From an uncultured Streptococcus sp. (GTDB lineage Bacteria; Bacillota; Bacilli; Lactobacillales; Streptococcaceae): a DNA stretch of 64,000 bases. The position numbers were made by a program, and so were the translations under genes. Shown here piece after piece: positions 10,541-21,486 of the stretch. A model generated the notes under the pieces. It made no database searches. It saw nothing but the letters and a program-made list of their open reading frames with translations, and was not told the origin of the DNA. The stretch's first letter is position 1, and every line of letters begins with the position of its first letter. The DNA is taken from the NCBI RefSeq assembly GCF_963456385.1, contig NZ_CAUOLF010000003.1:51515-115514 (forward strand), read 5' to 3'.

Positions 10541-11112
10541 GAATTTATACGAAATACGGTGACAAGGGCTTTACACGGCTCTACGGTGGGGACCGAGTAT
10601 CCAAGACCCATATTCGGGTCGAAGCTTATGGAACGATGGATGAGCTATGCTCTCATCTAGGCTATGTCGTATCTGAGATGCGTGACTATCCGATCTTGGA
10701 CGACCTGCGTCTGGAATGCGAGGAAATCCAGCAGCATCTCTTTGACTGCGGCAGCGACTTGGCTACGCCGCGGGAGTTACGCCCCTACAAGCAAGAGCCA
10801 GCCAATGTCAGCTGGCTGGAGGAGCGGATGGATGAGTATATGCATATCCCTCCGAAAATCGACCGCTTTATCATTCCGGGCGGCCATCGGATTGCGAGTC
10901 TCCTGCATGTGGCTCGCACCATGACCAGACGCTTAGAGCGGCGCATGGTAGCTGTTATAGAGGCAGAAGAAGCAGTCAATGAGATCGGCTTGATCTATAT
11001 CAACCGTCTGTCGGATTACTTTTTTGTACTGGCTCGATTGGTCAATGATCGTCTAGAGGAGCCGGATACAGTCTACAAACGCAGCGCGAAAATCTTTCGG
11101 GAAAAGAAATAG
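10537..11112 (+). CDS. pduO: PduO-type ATP:cob(I)alamin adenosyltransferase (copy 1)
   Basis: IYTKYGDKGFT, VEAYGTMDEL, FIIPGG, YINRLSDYFFVLAR. Confidence 0.92.
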   Translation: MRIYTKYGDKGFTRLYGGDRVSKTHIRVEAYGTMDELCSHLGYVVSEMRDYPILDDLRLECEEIQQHLFDCGSDLATPRELRPYKQEPANVSWLEERMDEYMHIPPKIDRFIIPGGHRIASLLHVARTMTRRLERRMVAVIEAEEAVNEIGLIYINRLSDYFFVLARLVNDRLEEPDTVYKRSAKIFREKK

Positions 11113-11123
11113 GAGAAGCTAGC

Positions 11124-11555
11124 ATGTATCCAGTCATGATTAATATCAGAGAGAAGAAAGTCGTGGTAGTGGGAGGCGGCAAGGTCGCAGCGCGGAAGAT
11201 TAAGACCCTGTTGACTGAGCAGGCTGCTGTGACAGTAATCAGTCCGACTCTGCATGCTGACATTCCGCAGGCGGAGGTCCAGTGGCTAGCTAGACCCTAC
11301 CAGACAGGTGATTTGGAAGGCGCGAAGCTGGTCTTTGCCTGTACAGATCAGGAGGAAGTCAACCGTCAGATTATGGAGGAGGCGGCACCCAGTCAGCTGG
11401 TGAACAATACGGGCGACAAGACCTTTTCTGACTTCTACAATGTAGCCATTGCGAGAAAGAAGGACGTGTCTGTCATGATCTCGACCAACGGTCTTTCGCC
11501 CAGCCGTTCCAAGGAGATTCGCAAGAAGATAGAAGCAATTTTAGACCAACTTTAA
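11124..11555 (+). CDS. sirC: precorrin-2 dehydrogenase (SirC / CysG N-terminal type)
   Basis: MYPVMI, VVGGGKVAARK Rossmann motif, ISTNG.SP. Confidence 0.88.
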   Translation: MYPVMINIREKKVVVVGGGKVAARKIKTLLTEQAAVTVISPTLHADIPQAEVQWLARPYQTGDLEGAKLVFACTDQEEVNRQIMEEAAPSQLVNNTGDKTFSDFYNVAIARKKDVSVMISTNGLSPSRSKEIRKKIEAILDQL

Positions 11556-11570
11556 AAGAAGGAAAGAAGC

Positions 11571-12824
11571 ATGCACCTATTATATGTGGGTTTGACCCAT
11601 CGGGAAACGCCGCTGACAATTTTGGAAAAAGCGCATTTTTCAGATCAGGAGGGGCTCAAAGCTCTGAAGCTCCTGAAAAGAGAAAAAAGTATCTTGGAAA
11701 ATATTATTCTGTCCACCTGCAATCGGACCGAGCTCTATCTGGTGGTGGACCAGCTGCACACTGGCCGCTACTATTCCAAGCATTTTTTGGCGGACTGGTT
11801 TCAAATTCCTGTCAAGGAGCTGGAAGAGTATTTAGTCTTTCGTGAGGGGGATGATGCCTTGCGGCATTTGCTGCGGGTTTCTATCGGATTGGAATCCAAG
11901 ATTGTCGGTGAAAGTCAGGTCTTGGGCCAGCTCAAGCAGGCTTTCTTGACAGCGCAAGATGCTGGTACGACTGGAATTGTTCTCAATCAGGCTTTCAAGC
12001 AGGCGCTGACCTTTGCTAAGCGCATGCATGATTCTTATCGGATTAATGACCGGCCTATTTCTATCGGCCTGACAGCTATCCAAGAGCTGGATCGTTTAGG
12101 CCTAGATTACACCAGCAAAAAGGTAGCTATTATTGGTCTGGGAGAGATTGGTCAGCTGGTGACCAAGTATGCCTTACAGCGGCCTTTCAAGTCAGTCATG
12201 CTCCTCAACCGTACAGTCAGCAAGGCCCAGCCTTTTCTGACAGAAGACAGGGTATCTGCCCATGGCTGGGATGAGTTGGAAGCGGTGCTGGCGGATGCGG
12301 ATGTGGTCTTTTCAGCGGTTAAAACGGAAGAATACATTATCTTTCCCTCCATGCTTAAGGAGGGTGCGGTCGTGTTTGACCTCTGTCTGCCTCGTTCCTG
12401 CCATCCGAGCTCGTCTCTCAAACTCTATAATATCGAAAATCTAACCAATCAACTGGAGCAATACAAAGCGGAACGGCAGGAGATTGCTGCTCGGATTGCT
12501 TTGGAGATTGATGAGGAGCTGGTCAAGTTTGCTGACTGGCGTCAGCAGCTGGGTATTATTCCTCTGATTCAGGAAATCAGGGATAAGGCTTTGGAAGCTC
12601 AAGCTTCGGCCATGGAAAGCCTTAATCGCAAGATTCCGGATTTGACAGAGCGGGAGCAGAAGCAGATTTCCAAGCACATGAAGAGTATTATCAACCAAGT
12701 CCTGAAGGAGCCAATCTTGCAGCTCAAAGAGCTGTCAGTCGGAGAGCATTCAGACTATGACATTGCCTTGATTGCCAAGATATTTGGCTTGCACAGAGAA
12801 AGGGGAAAAGATGAAGGTCATTAA
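11571..12824 (+). CDS. hemA: glutamyl-tRNA reductase
   Basis: ILSTCNRTELY, GLESKIVGESQVLGQ, IGLGEIG. Confidence 0.96.
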   Translation: MHLLYVGLTHRETPLTILEKAHFSDQEGLKALKLLKREKSILENIILSTCNRTELYLVVDQLHTGRYYSKHFLADWFQIPVKELEEYLVFREGDDALRHLLRVSIGLESKIVGESQVLGQLKQAFLTAQDAGTTGIVLNQAFKQALTFAKRMHDSYRINDRPISIGLTAIQELDRLGLDYTSKKVAIIGLGEIGQLVTKYALQRPFKSVMLLNRTVSKAQPFLTEDRVSAHGWDELEAVLADADVVFSAVKTEEYIIFPSMLKEGAVVFDLCLPRSCHPSSSLKLYNIENLTNQLEQYKAERQEIAARIALEIDEELVKFADWRQQLGIIPLIQEIRDKALEAQASAMESLNRKIPDLTEREQKQISKHMKSIINQVLKEPILQLKELSVGEHSDYDIALIAKIFGLHRERGKDEGH

Positions 12825-13731
12825 GGTAGGAACCCGCAAGAGTAAGCTGGCCATGACCCAGACCCAACAGTTAGTGGACCAGCTCAAGGCGCTCCATCCA
12901 GAGCGGGACTTTGTCCTCGTTCCCTATACCACAAAAGGAGATCGCTTGACCCATGTCAGCCTCCAGGAAATTGGCGGCAAGGGAGTCTTTGTCAAGGAAA
13001 TTGAGCGAGCCCTCTTAGCTGGTGAGATTGATATGGCGGTCCACAGTCTCAAGGACATGCCGGCTAAGCTAGCTGAGGGCTGTGCGCTCGGTGCGATTAG
13101 TCAGCGAGAAGATGTTCGAGATTGCTTGATTTTCCGTCAAGCTGGCCAGACGCTGGCTAATCTTTCTGAGGGCGCTCTTATAGGAACCAGCAGCATTCGC
13201 CGACAGGTTCAGCTGCAGGCTCAGAGACCGGATTTGGCTTTTAAACCACTTCGAGGCAACATTGATACACGCATCAAGAAGCTGGAAGAAGGCGAGTACG
13301 ATGCGATTGTCTTGGCTATGGCCGGTCTTAAACGCTTGGGCTGGCTGGACCAAAGCCGACTTCACATTCAGACTTTAGAGACCAGTCTTTGCCTGCCGGC
13401 TATTTCTCAGGGCGCTTTGGCGGTGGAATGCCGGGAAGAGGATGAGGAGTTGCGGAGTCTGTTAGCGGCTGTTCAGGATGAGAAGACAGCAGCTGAAGTG
13501 GCAGTTGAACGGGCAGTTTTGGCTCAGATGAATGCAGACTGCACCTTCCCTATCGCTGCTTTTGCCCAGAAAAACGGTCAGGACTATCAGCTAGAGGCCA
13601 TGCTGGCCAAGGAGGACGGCCAATGTGTCTTTGTCAGCCTTCAAGGGCAGGATGGTCAGGAATTGGCAGAGCAGGCTGTGCGCCAGTTAGCCGATAAGGG
13701 AGCAGTAGGAATGCCATGGTTAAAAAAATAA
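12811..13731 (+). CDS. hemC: porphobilinogen deaminase
   Basis: GTRKSKLAM.Q, GGKGVFVKEIE, AVHSLKDMP, GTSSIRR, RGNIDTRI; ATG at 12811. Confidence 0.97.
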   Translation: MKVIKVGTRKSKLAMTQTQQLVDQLKALHPERDFVLVPYTTKGDRLTHVSLQEIGGKGVFVKEIERALLAGEIDMAVHSLKDMPAKLAEGCALGAISQREDVRDCLIFRQAGQTLANLSEGALIGTSSIRRQVQLQAQRPDLAFKPLRGNIDTRIKKLEEGEYDAIVLAMAGLKRLGWLDQSRLHIQTLETSLCLPAISQGALAVECREEDEELRSLLAAVQDEKTAAEVAVERAVLAQMNADCTFPIAAFAQKNGQDYQLEAMLAKEDGQCVFVSLQGQDGQELAEQAVRQLADKGAVGMPWLKK

Positions 13732-14441
13732 TCTTTACCAGGGAGCAGGCGCCGGACTCTGCCTGGCTAGAAAAGATCAAACAGGCTGGATTTGAGACAC
13801 ATCATGTTCCTCTCATTCGATGTCAGTCTCTGCCCTTGCCAGAAGCTGTCCAAGCAATTCCGCCAGAAGCCGACTGGGTCTTTTTTACCAGTGCTGTCGC
13901 AGTGGAGGCTTTTAGTCCCTATATGAAAGCTGACTACCAGATTGCGACCATTGGGCCGCAGACCAGTCAGGCGCTGGACAAGCTAGGCCGAGTCTGTGAT
14001 TTTCAGGCCAGCAGCCACTATGGTCTTGACTTTATTCAAGAGTGGCTGGATTTGGCTCTGCCGACGCAGAAGATCTTGCTGCCTCAGAGCAGCCTGTCCA
14101 ATCCCAGTCTGGCTGAGAAGTTAAAAGAAGCAGGTCATGATGTCTGGGCTTGGCCTATGTACGAAACAACCTCAAATCCTGCTGGTCAGGACCAGCTCGA
14201 GACCTATCTGTCCCAAGAGGATGTGATTTGGACCTTTGCCAGTCCGTCGGCTTGGCAGAGTTTTTGTGCTATTCAGCCCCATCTAGCATCCAGCCATCAG
14301 ATTGCAGTGATTGGCCAGACAACGGCTCAGGCTGTTAAGGGGTCCGGCTATAGGGTAGACTACCAGCCCCAGAGTCCTTCTGTTGAGGAAATGGTCAAGG
14401 AAATAATCAAGAAAGAAGAGAAGAAGCATGGAATTTTATAG
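13716..14441 (+). CDS. hemD: uroporphyrinogen-III synthase
   Basis: [27 protein letters not shown]; lies between hemC and hemB. Confidence 0.9.
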   Translation: MVKKIIFTREQAPDSAWLEKIKQAGFETHHVPLIRCQSLPLPEAVQAIPPEADWVFFTSAVAVEAFSPYMKADYQIATIGPQTSQALDKLGRVCDFQASSHYGLDFIQEWLDLALPTQKILLPQSSLSNPSLAEKLKEAGHDVWAWPMYETTSNPAGQDQLETYLSQEDVIWTFASPSAWQSFCAIQPHLASSHQIAVIGQTTAQAVKGSGYRVDYQPQSPSVEEMVKEIIKKEEKKHGIL

Positions 14442-15399
14442 ACATCGCAGGCTGAGAAGAAGCAGCGGTCTGCGGCAGCTGGTTCGAGAAACCAAGCTGT
14501 CTGTGGATGATTTTATCCAACCCTTGTTTGTCAAGGAAGGCTTGACTGAAAAGCAAGAAGTAGCTTCCATGCCGGGAGTTTATCAGTTCTCCATCGAGGA
14601 TTTGCTGCCAGAAGTTCAGGAATGTGTGGACTTAGGTATTCGAGCTTTTATCGTCTTTGGCATTCCGTCAGAAAAGGACGAAATAGGCAGTCAGGCTTCA
14701 GCTGAAAATGGCATTGTCCAAGAAGCTATCCGTCTGATCAAGAAGCATTTTCCTGAGACGGTCGTCATTGCAGACACCTGTCTCTGTGAGTTTACCAGTC
14801 ACGGCCATTGCGGTATTTTGCGAGGGGAAGAAGTGGATAATGATCTGTCTCTGACTAGACTGACAGAAGTCGCTGTCAGCCAAGCCAGGGCTGGAGCAGA
14901 TGTCATTGCGCCTTCCAATGCCATGGACGGTTTTGTGGCGGCTATTCGTCAGGGACTTGATGCAGCGGGCTTTGAAGACATTCCGATCATGTCCTATGCC
15001 ATTAAGTTTGCCTCTAGCTTTTATGGACCTTTCCGAGATGCTGGTGAGAGTGCTCCGGCCTTTGGTGACCGCAAGACCTATCAGATGGATCCGGCCAATC
15101 GATTGGAGGCTTTGAGAGAAGCCAAGAGCGATGAGGAGCAGGGAGCAGACTTTCTCATGGTTAAGCCGGCTCTGGCCTTTCTGGATATCCTCAGAGAGCT
15201 GCGTCAGGAAACTCGGTTGCCTCTGGTGACCTATAATGTCAGTGGAGAATACGCCATGGTCAAGGCAGCAGCCCAGCAGGGCTGGATCAATGAAAAAGCT
15301 ATAGTCATGGAAACTTTGACCAGTATGAAGCGGGCTGGGGCAGACTTGATTATCACTTATTTTGCCAAGGATGTGGCCGGCTATCTGAGAGAAGGATAG
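14428..15399 (+). CDS. hemB: porphobilinogen synthase
   Basis: [20 protein letters not shown] zinc site, [14 protein letters not shown]. Confidence 0.97.
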   Translation: MEFYRHRRLRRSSGLRQLVRETKLSVDDFIQPLFVKEGLTEKQEVASMPGVYQFSIEDLLPEVQECVDLGIRAFIVFGIPSEKDEIGSQASAENGIVQEAIRLIKKHFPETVVIADTCLCEFTSHGHCGILRGEEVDNDLSLTRLTEVAVSQARAGADVIAPSNAMDGFVAAIRQGLDAAGFEDIPIMSYAIKFASSFYGPFRDAGESAPAFGDRKTYQMDPANRLEALREAKSDEEQGADFLMVKPALAFLDILRELRQETRLPLVTYNVSGEYAMVKAAAQQGWINEKAIVMETLTSMKRAGADLIITYFAKDVAGYLREG

Positions 15400-15442
15400 A
15401 GACTGCGGAAAATCAGCAGTTTTCTAGATAAGGAGGACCAAC

Positions 15443-16741
15443 TTGAAGAGAGAACATTCCAACCAATATTTCACAGAGGCTCAAAAGCTCTTTCCCGGCG
15501 GTGTCAACAGTCCTGTCAGGGCTTTTAAGGCTGTGGGCGGCCATCCGCTTTTTATCGAAAAAGCCAGCGGAGCCTATTTGCATGATGTCGATGGCAACCG
15601 TTATATTGACTACGTCCTGTCTTGGGGGCCTATGATTTTGGGGCATGCTCCTAAGGATGTGTTACCAGCAGTTGTGGAAGCTATTTGGGAGGGAACCAGC
15701 TTTGGTGCTCCTAGTCCCAGAGAAATTGCCCTCGGCCAGCTGGTGCAGGAGCGCCTGCCTTTCATGGAAAGAATGCGGATGGTCAATTCGGGAACGGAAG
15801 CGACCATGAGCGCCATTCGGGTAGCGCGTGGAGTGACCAAGCGCTCTAAAATTGTCAAATTTATCGGCTGCTATCACGGCCACAGCGATTCCTTTTTGGT
15901 TCAGGCTGGTTCAGGCTTGGCCAGCTTTGGGATTGCTGATTCTGCCGGAGTCATTGCTCAGGTAGCTGGGGAAACTCTGGCTTTACCTTACAATGACACA
16001 GATGCTCTCAAGGCTTGCTTTGAAAAGCACGGAGACGACATTGCCTGTGTCATTTTAGAAGCCGTTGCTGGCAATATGGGCTTGATTCCTGCGGATGCGG
16101 ACTTTATCAGTACTATTCGCTCCCTCACTCAGGAATACGGCTCTCTCTTCATCGTTGATGAGGTCATGAGTGGTTTCCGAGCTCATTATCAGGGGGCAGT
16201 CGGCCTCTATCAGACAGAGCCAGACCTTGTCTGCTTGGGCAAGGTTATCGGTGGCGGCTTTCCAGTCGCAGCCTTTGGCGGTAAGGCTGTCTATATGGAT
16301 CAGGTAGCGCCTCTAGGCAGCATCTATCAGGCTGGTACCTTGTCGGGCAATCCAGTCGCCATGACGGCCGGTTACGAAACGCTGAAACAGCTGACACCGG
16401 AGCTCTTTGCTGAGATCGAAGAGAAAACAAGCTACCTCTGTGATGGCTTGCGAAATCTAGCAGACAAGTACAGTATTGATTTGCAAGTCGTATCAAAAGG
16501 TACCATGTTTGGCTTCTTCTTCAGTCAGAAGCCAGTTCGCAATTTTGAGGATTCTAAGGCGGCTGACCATGCTCAGTTTGCACGACTGCACGGTCTCTTG
16601 CTGGAGCAAGGCATCTATCTGGCGCCATCTCAGTATGAAACCAACTTTATGTCAAGTGCCCATACTAGAGAGGACCTAGACCAGACCTTGGCGGCCTTTG
16701 AGCGGGCATTTCAAGCAATGAAAGAAGAAGCAAATGGCTAA
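15443..16741 (+). CDS. hemL: glutamate-1-semialdehyde 2,1-aminomutase
   Basis: [38 protein letters not shown] start after AAGGAGG. Confidence 0.97.
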   Translation: MKREHSNQYFTEAQKLFPGGVNSPVRAFKAVGGHPLFIEKASGAYLHDVDGNRYIDYVLSWGPMILGHAPKDVLPAVVEAIWEGTSFGAPSPREIALGQLVQERLPFMERMRMVNSGTEATMSAIRVARGVTKRSKIVKFIGCYHGHSDSFLVQAGSGLASFGIADSAGVIAQVAGETLALPYNDTDALKACFEKHGDDIACVILEAVAGNMGLIPADADFISTIRSLTQEYGSLFIVDEVMSGFRAHYQGAVGLYQTEPDLVCLGKVIGGGFPVAAFGGKAVYMDQVAPLGSIYQAGTLSGNPVAMTAGYETLKQLTPELFAEIEEKTSYLCDGLRNLADKYSIDLQVVSKGTMFGFFFSQKPVRNFEDSKAADHAQFARLHGLLLEQGIYLAPSQYETNFMSSAHTREDLDQTLAAFERAFQAMKEEANG

Positions 16742-17318
16742 GATTGTGTTAGTGACAGGCGGGGCCAGAAGCGGTAAGTCGGCATTTGCGGAGGAGCAGT
16801 TGGCGGACCGAGAGCGAGTTTGCTATATTGCGACTGGTCTTCCCCGAGGAGAAGATCCAGAATGGCAGGAGCGGATTCGGCTGCACCAAGAGCGCCGGCC
16901 GGCTTCCTGGACGACTCAGGAGCAGTATGCAGGGCTGGCCGACTGGCTGCGAGAGCAGTCGCATCCAGTTTACCTGCTGGACTGTGCCACTCTTCTGACT
17001 AGCAATCGCCTCTTTGATTTGATTGCTCAGCATTTTCCAGACAAGCTGGAGCTGACCGAGGAACACTTTCTCAGTCGGCAGGAGCAGTCTTTCTTGCTGC
17101 AGCTCTTGGAAGAAGAATGGCAAGAGCTCCTATCTACAATCCGTCAGACAAATGCTGAGTGCTGGATTGTAACGGATGAAGTTGGCCTGGGCATTGTCCC
17201 AGAGACCAGACTAGGGCGCTTCTTTCGTGATGTGCAGGGCAAGATCAACCAACTGATTGCAAAGGAGGCGAGTGAGGCTTATCTAGTCATTTGCGGCCTC
17301 GCTCAGCAGTTGAAATGA
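16734..17318 (+). CDS. cobU: adenosylcobinamide kinase / cobinamide-phosphate guanylyltransferase
   Basis: [34 protein letters not shown]. Confidence 0.95.
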   Translation: MAKIVLVTGGARSGKSAFAEEQLADRERVCYIATGLPRGEDPEWQERIRLHQERRPASWTTQEQYAGLADWLREQSHPVYLLDCATLLTSNRLFDLIAQHFPDKLELTEEHFLSRQEQSFLLQLLEEEWQELLSTIRQTNAECWIVTDEVGLGIVPETRLGRFFRDVQGKINQLIAKEASEAYLVICGLAQQLK

Positions 17319-18043
17319 TAAAGGCATTGATTATCTATACCCAATTTTTTAGCCGGATTGTGATTCCAAAGGCAGTGGATATTTCCTATCTGCGACGGGG
17401 ACTTCCTTTTCTGACCCTCTTTGGCCTCTTGCTGGGTTTGATTTCAGGTGGATTTTATTTCCTGGTGAGCCTAGTCTTACCAGGGATTGTCGCTTGGGTT
17501 CTGACCCTTGCTTTCGATGTTCTGCTGACAGGTGGTTTTCACTTAGATGCCTTGGCGGATACGGCGGATGGGCTCTTCTCTTCTCGTAAGAAGGAGCGGA
17601 TGCTGGAGATTATGAAGGACAGCCGGATTGGCAGCAATGGCGTTCTGGCGCTCATTCTCTACTATGCTCTGATGCTGGTTCTCTACTCTTATCTGCCAGA
17701 GCCTCGCTGGTTTATCGTGGCTAGTCTGACCATGATTGGCAAGGCCGGTCTGAGCCTACAGCTTTACCGGATGACCTATGCTAGAGAAGGCGGCGGCTCG
17801 GGAAATTTCTTCAGTGGTAGCAAGACTAGTCATATCCTGCTTGCCCAGCTTCTTCCCTTACTCTTATCTCTGCTGGTTTTCAGTTGGAGAGGCCTTCTGG
17901 CTTACGGCTTAGTATTTTTGGGAGCAATCGGCTATCGCCGGTTCGTTTATAATAAAATTGATGGCCACACAGGCGATACGCTGGGAGCCTATGTCGAAAT
18001 TGCCCAGCTCCTCTATCTTTTAGGATTGGTGGTGCTGGGATGA
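17315..18043 (+). CDS. cobS: adenosylcobinamide-GDP ribazoletransferase
   Basis: TGGFHLDALADTADG, IMKDSRIGS.G, GHTGDTLGA; ATG at 17315. Confidence 0.96.
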   Translation: MIKALIIYTQFFSRIVIPKAVDISYLRRGLPFLTLFGLLLGLISGGFYFLVSLVLPGIVAWVLTLAFDVLLTGGFHLDALADTADGLFSSRKKERMLEIMKDSRIGSNGVLALILYYALMLVLYSYLPEPRWFIVASLTMIGKAGLSLQLYRMTYAREGGGSGNFFSGSKTSHILLAQLLPLLLSLLVFSWRGLLAYGLVFLGAIGYRRFVYNKIDGHTGDTLGAYVEIAQLLYLLGLVVLG

Positions 18044-18612
18044 AAAGATGGTATTTGATGCGGCATGGTCAGACAGACTACAACCGCAGGCGCTGTTTCT
18101 ACGGCAGCCATGATGTCTCTATCAACGAGCAAGGCCAAGCGGACTCCAAGCAGCTGGCGCTACTGATGCAGGAGCACACGGTCGATGCAATCTACACTAG
18201 TAGTCTCAAGCGGACGCAGGAAACAGCCCAGCTGGCTTTTCCAGACAGGCAAGTCAAGGCCTTAGCTGATTTTGACGAGCGAGGTTTCGGACAATGGGAA
18301 GGTTTGACAGCTGATGAGATTCAGGCAGCCTTTCCAGAAATCTGGCAGGCTTGGCTGGAGGCTCCCTTTGAGATTACGCCTCCTGAGGCAGAAGTGTTCG
18401 CTGACTTTCAGACCAGAGTCTGGGCAGCAACAGACCGCCTGCTAGATAGTACTGAGGACTCAATCGCTCTAGTAGCTCATTTGGGAGTCCTTCGCTTGAT
18501 TTACCAGCATTTGGTTGATGGAGAGGCTGTTTTTTGGAACATTGATGTCCCCCAAGGACGAGTGCTGCTCTTGGAAGAGCGTGACCAGACTTGGCAGGCG
18601 ACCTTACTCTAA
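18040..18612 (+). CDS. cobC: alpha-ribazole/adenosylcobalamin-5'-phosphate phosphatase (histidine phosphatase)
   Basis: LMRHGQT, SSLKRT.ET, E.GFG.WEG, VAH.G; follows cobS. Confidence 0.88.
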   Translation: MKRWYLMRHGQTDYNRRRCFYGSHDVSINEQGQADSKQLALLMQEHTVDAIYTSSLKRTQETAQLAFPDRQVKALADFDERGFGQWEGLTADEIQAAFPEIWQAWLEAPFEITPPEAEVFADFQTRVWAATDRLLDSTEDSIALVAHLGVLRLIYQHLVDGEAVFWNIDVPQGRVLLLEERDQTWQATLL

Positions 18613-18667
18613 GGATTTATTATAAAAAAACAAACAATATGATTTATCTTGGGAAAGAGGTGACCAG

Positions 18668-19771
18668 ATGAATACACAGATTCAGGATAAATTTACTTTT
18701 AAAAATGGTCAGACTGTGCGCAATCGCGTTGTCTTGGCTCCCATGACCATCTGCGCTAGTGATCCGGGCGGCTATGTTTCTCAGGCAGATATTGACTTTT
18801 TTGCCCGCCGTTCGAGGTCGGTTGGCATGGTCATCACTGGCAGTACCTATGTCCGTCCTCTGGGCAAGTCCTTTGCGGAGAGCTTCAGCGGCGCCGAGGA
18901 CGATAAGATTGAGGGGCTTAGCCGTCTGGCCAAGGCCATCAAGGACCAAGGGGCTCTGGCTATTGTTCAGCTCTATCATGGCGGTCGTATGGTTCTGCCT
19001 GATTTGATTGACGGTCAGCCAGTAGCACCCAGTGCTGTTAAGGCTCCACGCGATTATCTGGCGGAGCCGAGGGCGCTCAAGAACGCTGAAGTGGAGCAGG
19101 TGATAGAGGACTTTCTGTCAGCTATTAGACGGGCAATTCAGGCTGGCTTTGATGGTGTCGAGCTTCATGGAGCCAATACCTACCTGATCCAGCAGTTTGT
19201 CTCTCCCCATTCCAATGTCCGTCAGGACAAGTGGGGCGGCAGCCTTAACAACCGCCTGCGCTTTCCAAAGACCTTGCTGAAAAGAGCCAAGCAACTGGTC
19301 AAAGAAGAGGCCGACCGTCCCTTCCTGATTGGCTACCGCTTTTCTCCGGAAGAGATTGAAGAGCCAGGAATCCAGCTTTATGATACCCTGCAGTTGCTGG
19401 AGCAGCTCATCTATCATCAGGTGGACTATCTGCATATTTCGACCTCTGATGTCTGGCGCTCGTCTATCAGAGATTCTCAGGACTCGGAGCCAGTGATTGA
19501 AAAAATTATCAGAAAAATTAATGATAGAGTGCCCCTGATTGGTGTCGGTCAGATTGAGACCAAGCAGGATGCCCAGCGTGTATTGGATGCGGGGATTCCG
19601 CTCTTTGCCCTCGGCAAGGCCCTGCTCCTAGACCCCGACTGGGCAGAAAAGGTTGTCTCTGGCCGAGAGGCAGAAGTCATCCGAGCTTATCGCGATGAGT
19701 TGCAGGCAGACTTGGCTCTGCCAACTGCCTTTGTCGAAGATGCTCGAAGCTATCTGGAAGGAAAAGATTAA
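18668..19771 (+). CDS. NADH:flavin oxidoreductase, Old Yellow Enzyme family
   Basis: NRVVLAPMT, QLYHGGR, AGFDGVELHGANTYLIQQF.SP.SN.R.D.WGG. Confidence 0.93.
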   Translation: MNTQIQDKFTFKNGQTVRNRVVLAPMTICASDPGGYVSQADIDFFARRSRSVGMVITGSTYVRPLGKSFAESFSGAEDDKIEGLSRLAKAIKDQGALAIVQLYHGGRMVLPDLIDGQPVAPSAVKAPRDYLAEPRALKNAEVEQVIEDFLSAIRRAIQAGFDGVELHGANTYLIQQFVSPHSNVRQDKWGGSLNNRLRFPKTLLKRAKQLVKEEADRPFLIGYRFSPEEIEEPGIQLYDTLQLLEQLIYHQVDYLHISTSDVWRSSIRDSQDSEPVIEKIIRKINDRVPLIGVGQIETKQDAQRVLDAGIPLFALGKALLLDPDWAEKVVSGREAEVIRAYRDELQADLALPTAFVEDARSYLEGKD

Positions 19772-19800
19772 GACAAGCACATCCCCAAGGAGGAAATAGA

Positions 19801-19863
19801 ATGAGCAATCACTTGTTTTTCATTCGTTTGCTCTCTCATCTTCAGGACATAGAACCACCTTAG
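19801..19863 (+). CDS. putative 20-aa leader peptide MSNHLFFIRLLSHLQDIEPP
   Basis: Perfect AAGGAGG at 19787-19793, 7 nt before ATG; too short for the ORF track; overlaps a stem-loop. Confidence 0.6.
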   Translation: MSNHLFFIRLLSHLQDIEPP

Positions 19864-19947
19864 ACAGAGAGCGAAGCGTATTTAGATTTGACTAGGACAG
19901 ACCGTCTTAAAGTAGTTTACAAAATAGAAAAGGAATTTGAATATTTT

Positions 19948-21483
19948 ATGAAACATTTTAAAAAGATTATGGCTCTAGCCTTGGCAGGCCTAGCCCTAGC
20001 CTCCTGTGTAAACCCTAGCAAAACCAGTGAGCCTACTGGCGATAGTGACAGCAAGACTGTAACTATTGGCTATACCCAGTTTCCAGCAAATGTAGATCCA
20101 GCAGCGGAATACAATGGCTGGTTCACGGTCCGTTACGGAGTGGGAGAAACCCTCTTTAAGATGGACGACAAACTTGAGGTAAAACCTTGGCTGGCTGAGA
20201 AAATCGAAGCAGTCTCAGACCTAGAGTGGAAAATTACCCTCAAGGATAAGGTGACTTTCCAAAATGGTGAAAAAATGACTGGTGAAAAGGTCAAAGCCTC
20301 TCTGGAACGCTTGATTAAGACCAGCGAACGGGCAGCATCAGATATGGGCATTGACAGCATATCTGCAGAGGGTCAAACTGTGACCATCAAGACAAAGGCT
20401 GTGCAACCGATCATGGCGAATCTCTTGGCAGAGCCATACTCCGCCATTGTCGATACGACTGGCAAGAGTGCATCTGACAAGGCTCCTGTCGGAACTGGCC
20501 CTTACATGGTGACCAAGTACACTCCTGAGAGCGGAGCAGAGCTCAAGGCTTATGATGACTACTGGGATGGCAAGCCAAAAGTTGCTAATCTGAAGATCAA
20601 ATACTTCTCTGATCCGACAGCTATTTCTGCAGCCCTCAAGTCTAAGGAAGTCGATGCCGTCTATGGTCTGCCTTATGCAAATCTAAGTACCTATGCTTCC
20701 GATAAGAACTACAAAATTTCTGAAGTAGAAGGTTCTCGCTACCTAGCATATTACTATAACTTTGAAAATCCTTACGTAGCAGATGACAAGTTCCGTCAGG
20801 CTTTAGATACCTTGGTAGACAAGAAGACCTACTCTGAATCCCTCTTTAAAGGCTCAGCTGTACCAGCTGTTGGACCTTTCCCTAAAGGGTTTGCCTTTGC
20901 TCTGCAAAAGAGCGTCCATGAATTTAACGTAGACAAGGCTAAGAAACTCTTGGATGAAGCTGGCTACAAGGATACTGACGGCGATGGCTACCGTGAAAAA
21001 GACGATCAAAAAGTCAGCATTGAGCTGCTGTCCTTTACTCGTCTGCCTGAAATGCCGCTGGCTGTAGAAGCAAGCCAACAACAACTCAAGGAAGTCGGAA
21101 TCGAAGCGACTATTAAGAAAGTTGAAGTCAGTGCCGTTGCCAGTGAAAAGGACTATGCCTTCACACCTTACGCGGTGGTAGCAGCTCCTATCGGTGATCC
21201 ATATGCCTTCTTCAACAGTGCCGTTAAGACCAATGGTACAGCCAATATCGGTCACTACAGCAACCCAGAAGCAGACAAGAAAATCGAAGAGCTGGCGACT
21301 GAAACTGATCCAGCTAAGCGCAATCAGCTCAGCAAGGAAATCCAAGAAATCATGGATAAGGACTACGGCTTTACCATCATCGGCTTCTTCAAGGTCGCTC
21401 TGGTAATGGACAAGTCGGTCTCTGGTCTGGAATCCCATCCGACAGACTACTATCACGTCAGCAACAAACTATCAAAGGAATAA
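19948..21483 (+). CDS. ABC transporter substrate-binding lipoprotein, family 5 (peptide/nickel/opine)
   Basis: Lipobox LASC; ETL, PWLAE, L+D.V.FQNG, PVGTGPY, YWDGKP. Confidence 0.92.
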   Translation: MKHFKKIMALALAGLALASCVNPSKTSEPTGDSDSKTVTIGYTQFPANVDPAAEYNGWFTVRYGVGETLFKMDDKLEVKPWLAEKIEAVSDLEWKITLKDKVTFQNGEKMTGEKVKASLERLIKTSERAASDMGIDSISAEGQTVTIKTKAVQPIMANLLAEPYSAIVDTTGKSASDKAPVGTGPYMVTKYTPESGAELKAYDDYWDGKPKVANLKIKYFSDPTAISAALKSKEVDAVYGLPYANLSTYASDKNYKISEVEGSRYLAYYYNFENPYVADDKFRQALDTLVDKKTYSESLFKGSAVPAVGPFPKGFAFALQKSVHEFNVDKAKKLLDEAGYKDTDGDGYREKDDQKVSIELLSFTRLPEMPLAVEASQQQLKEVGIEATIKKVEVSAVASEKDYAFTPYAVVAAPIGDPYAFFNSAVKTNGTANIGHYSNPEADKKIEELATETDPAKRNQLSKEIQEIMDKDYGFTIIGFFKVALVMDKSVSGLESHPTDYYHVSNKLSKE

Positions 21484-21486
21484 AAC

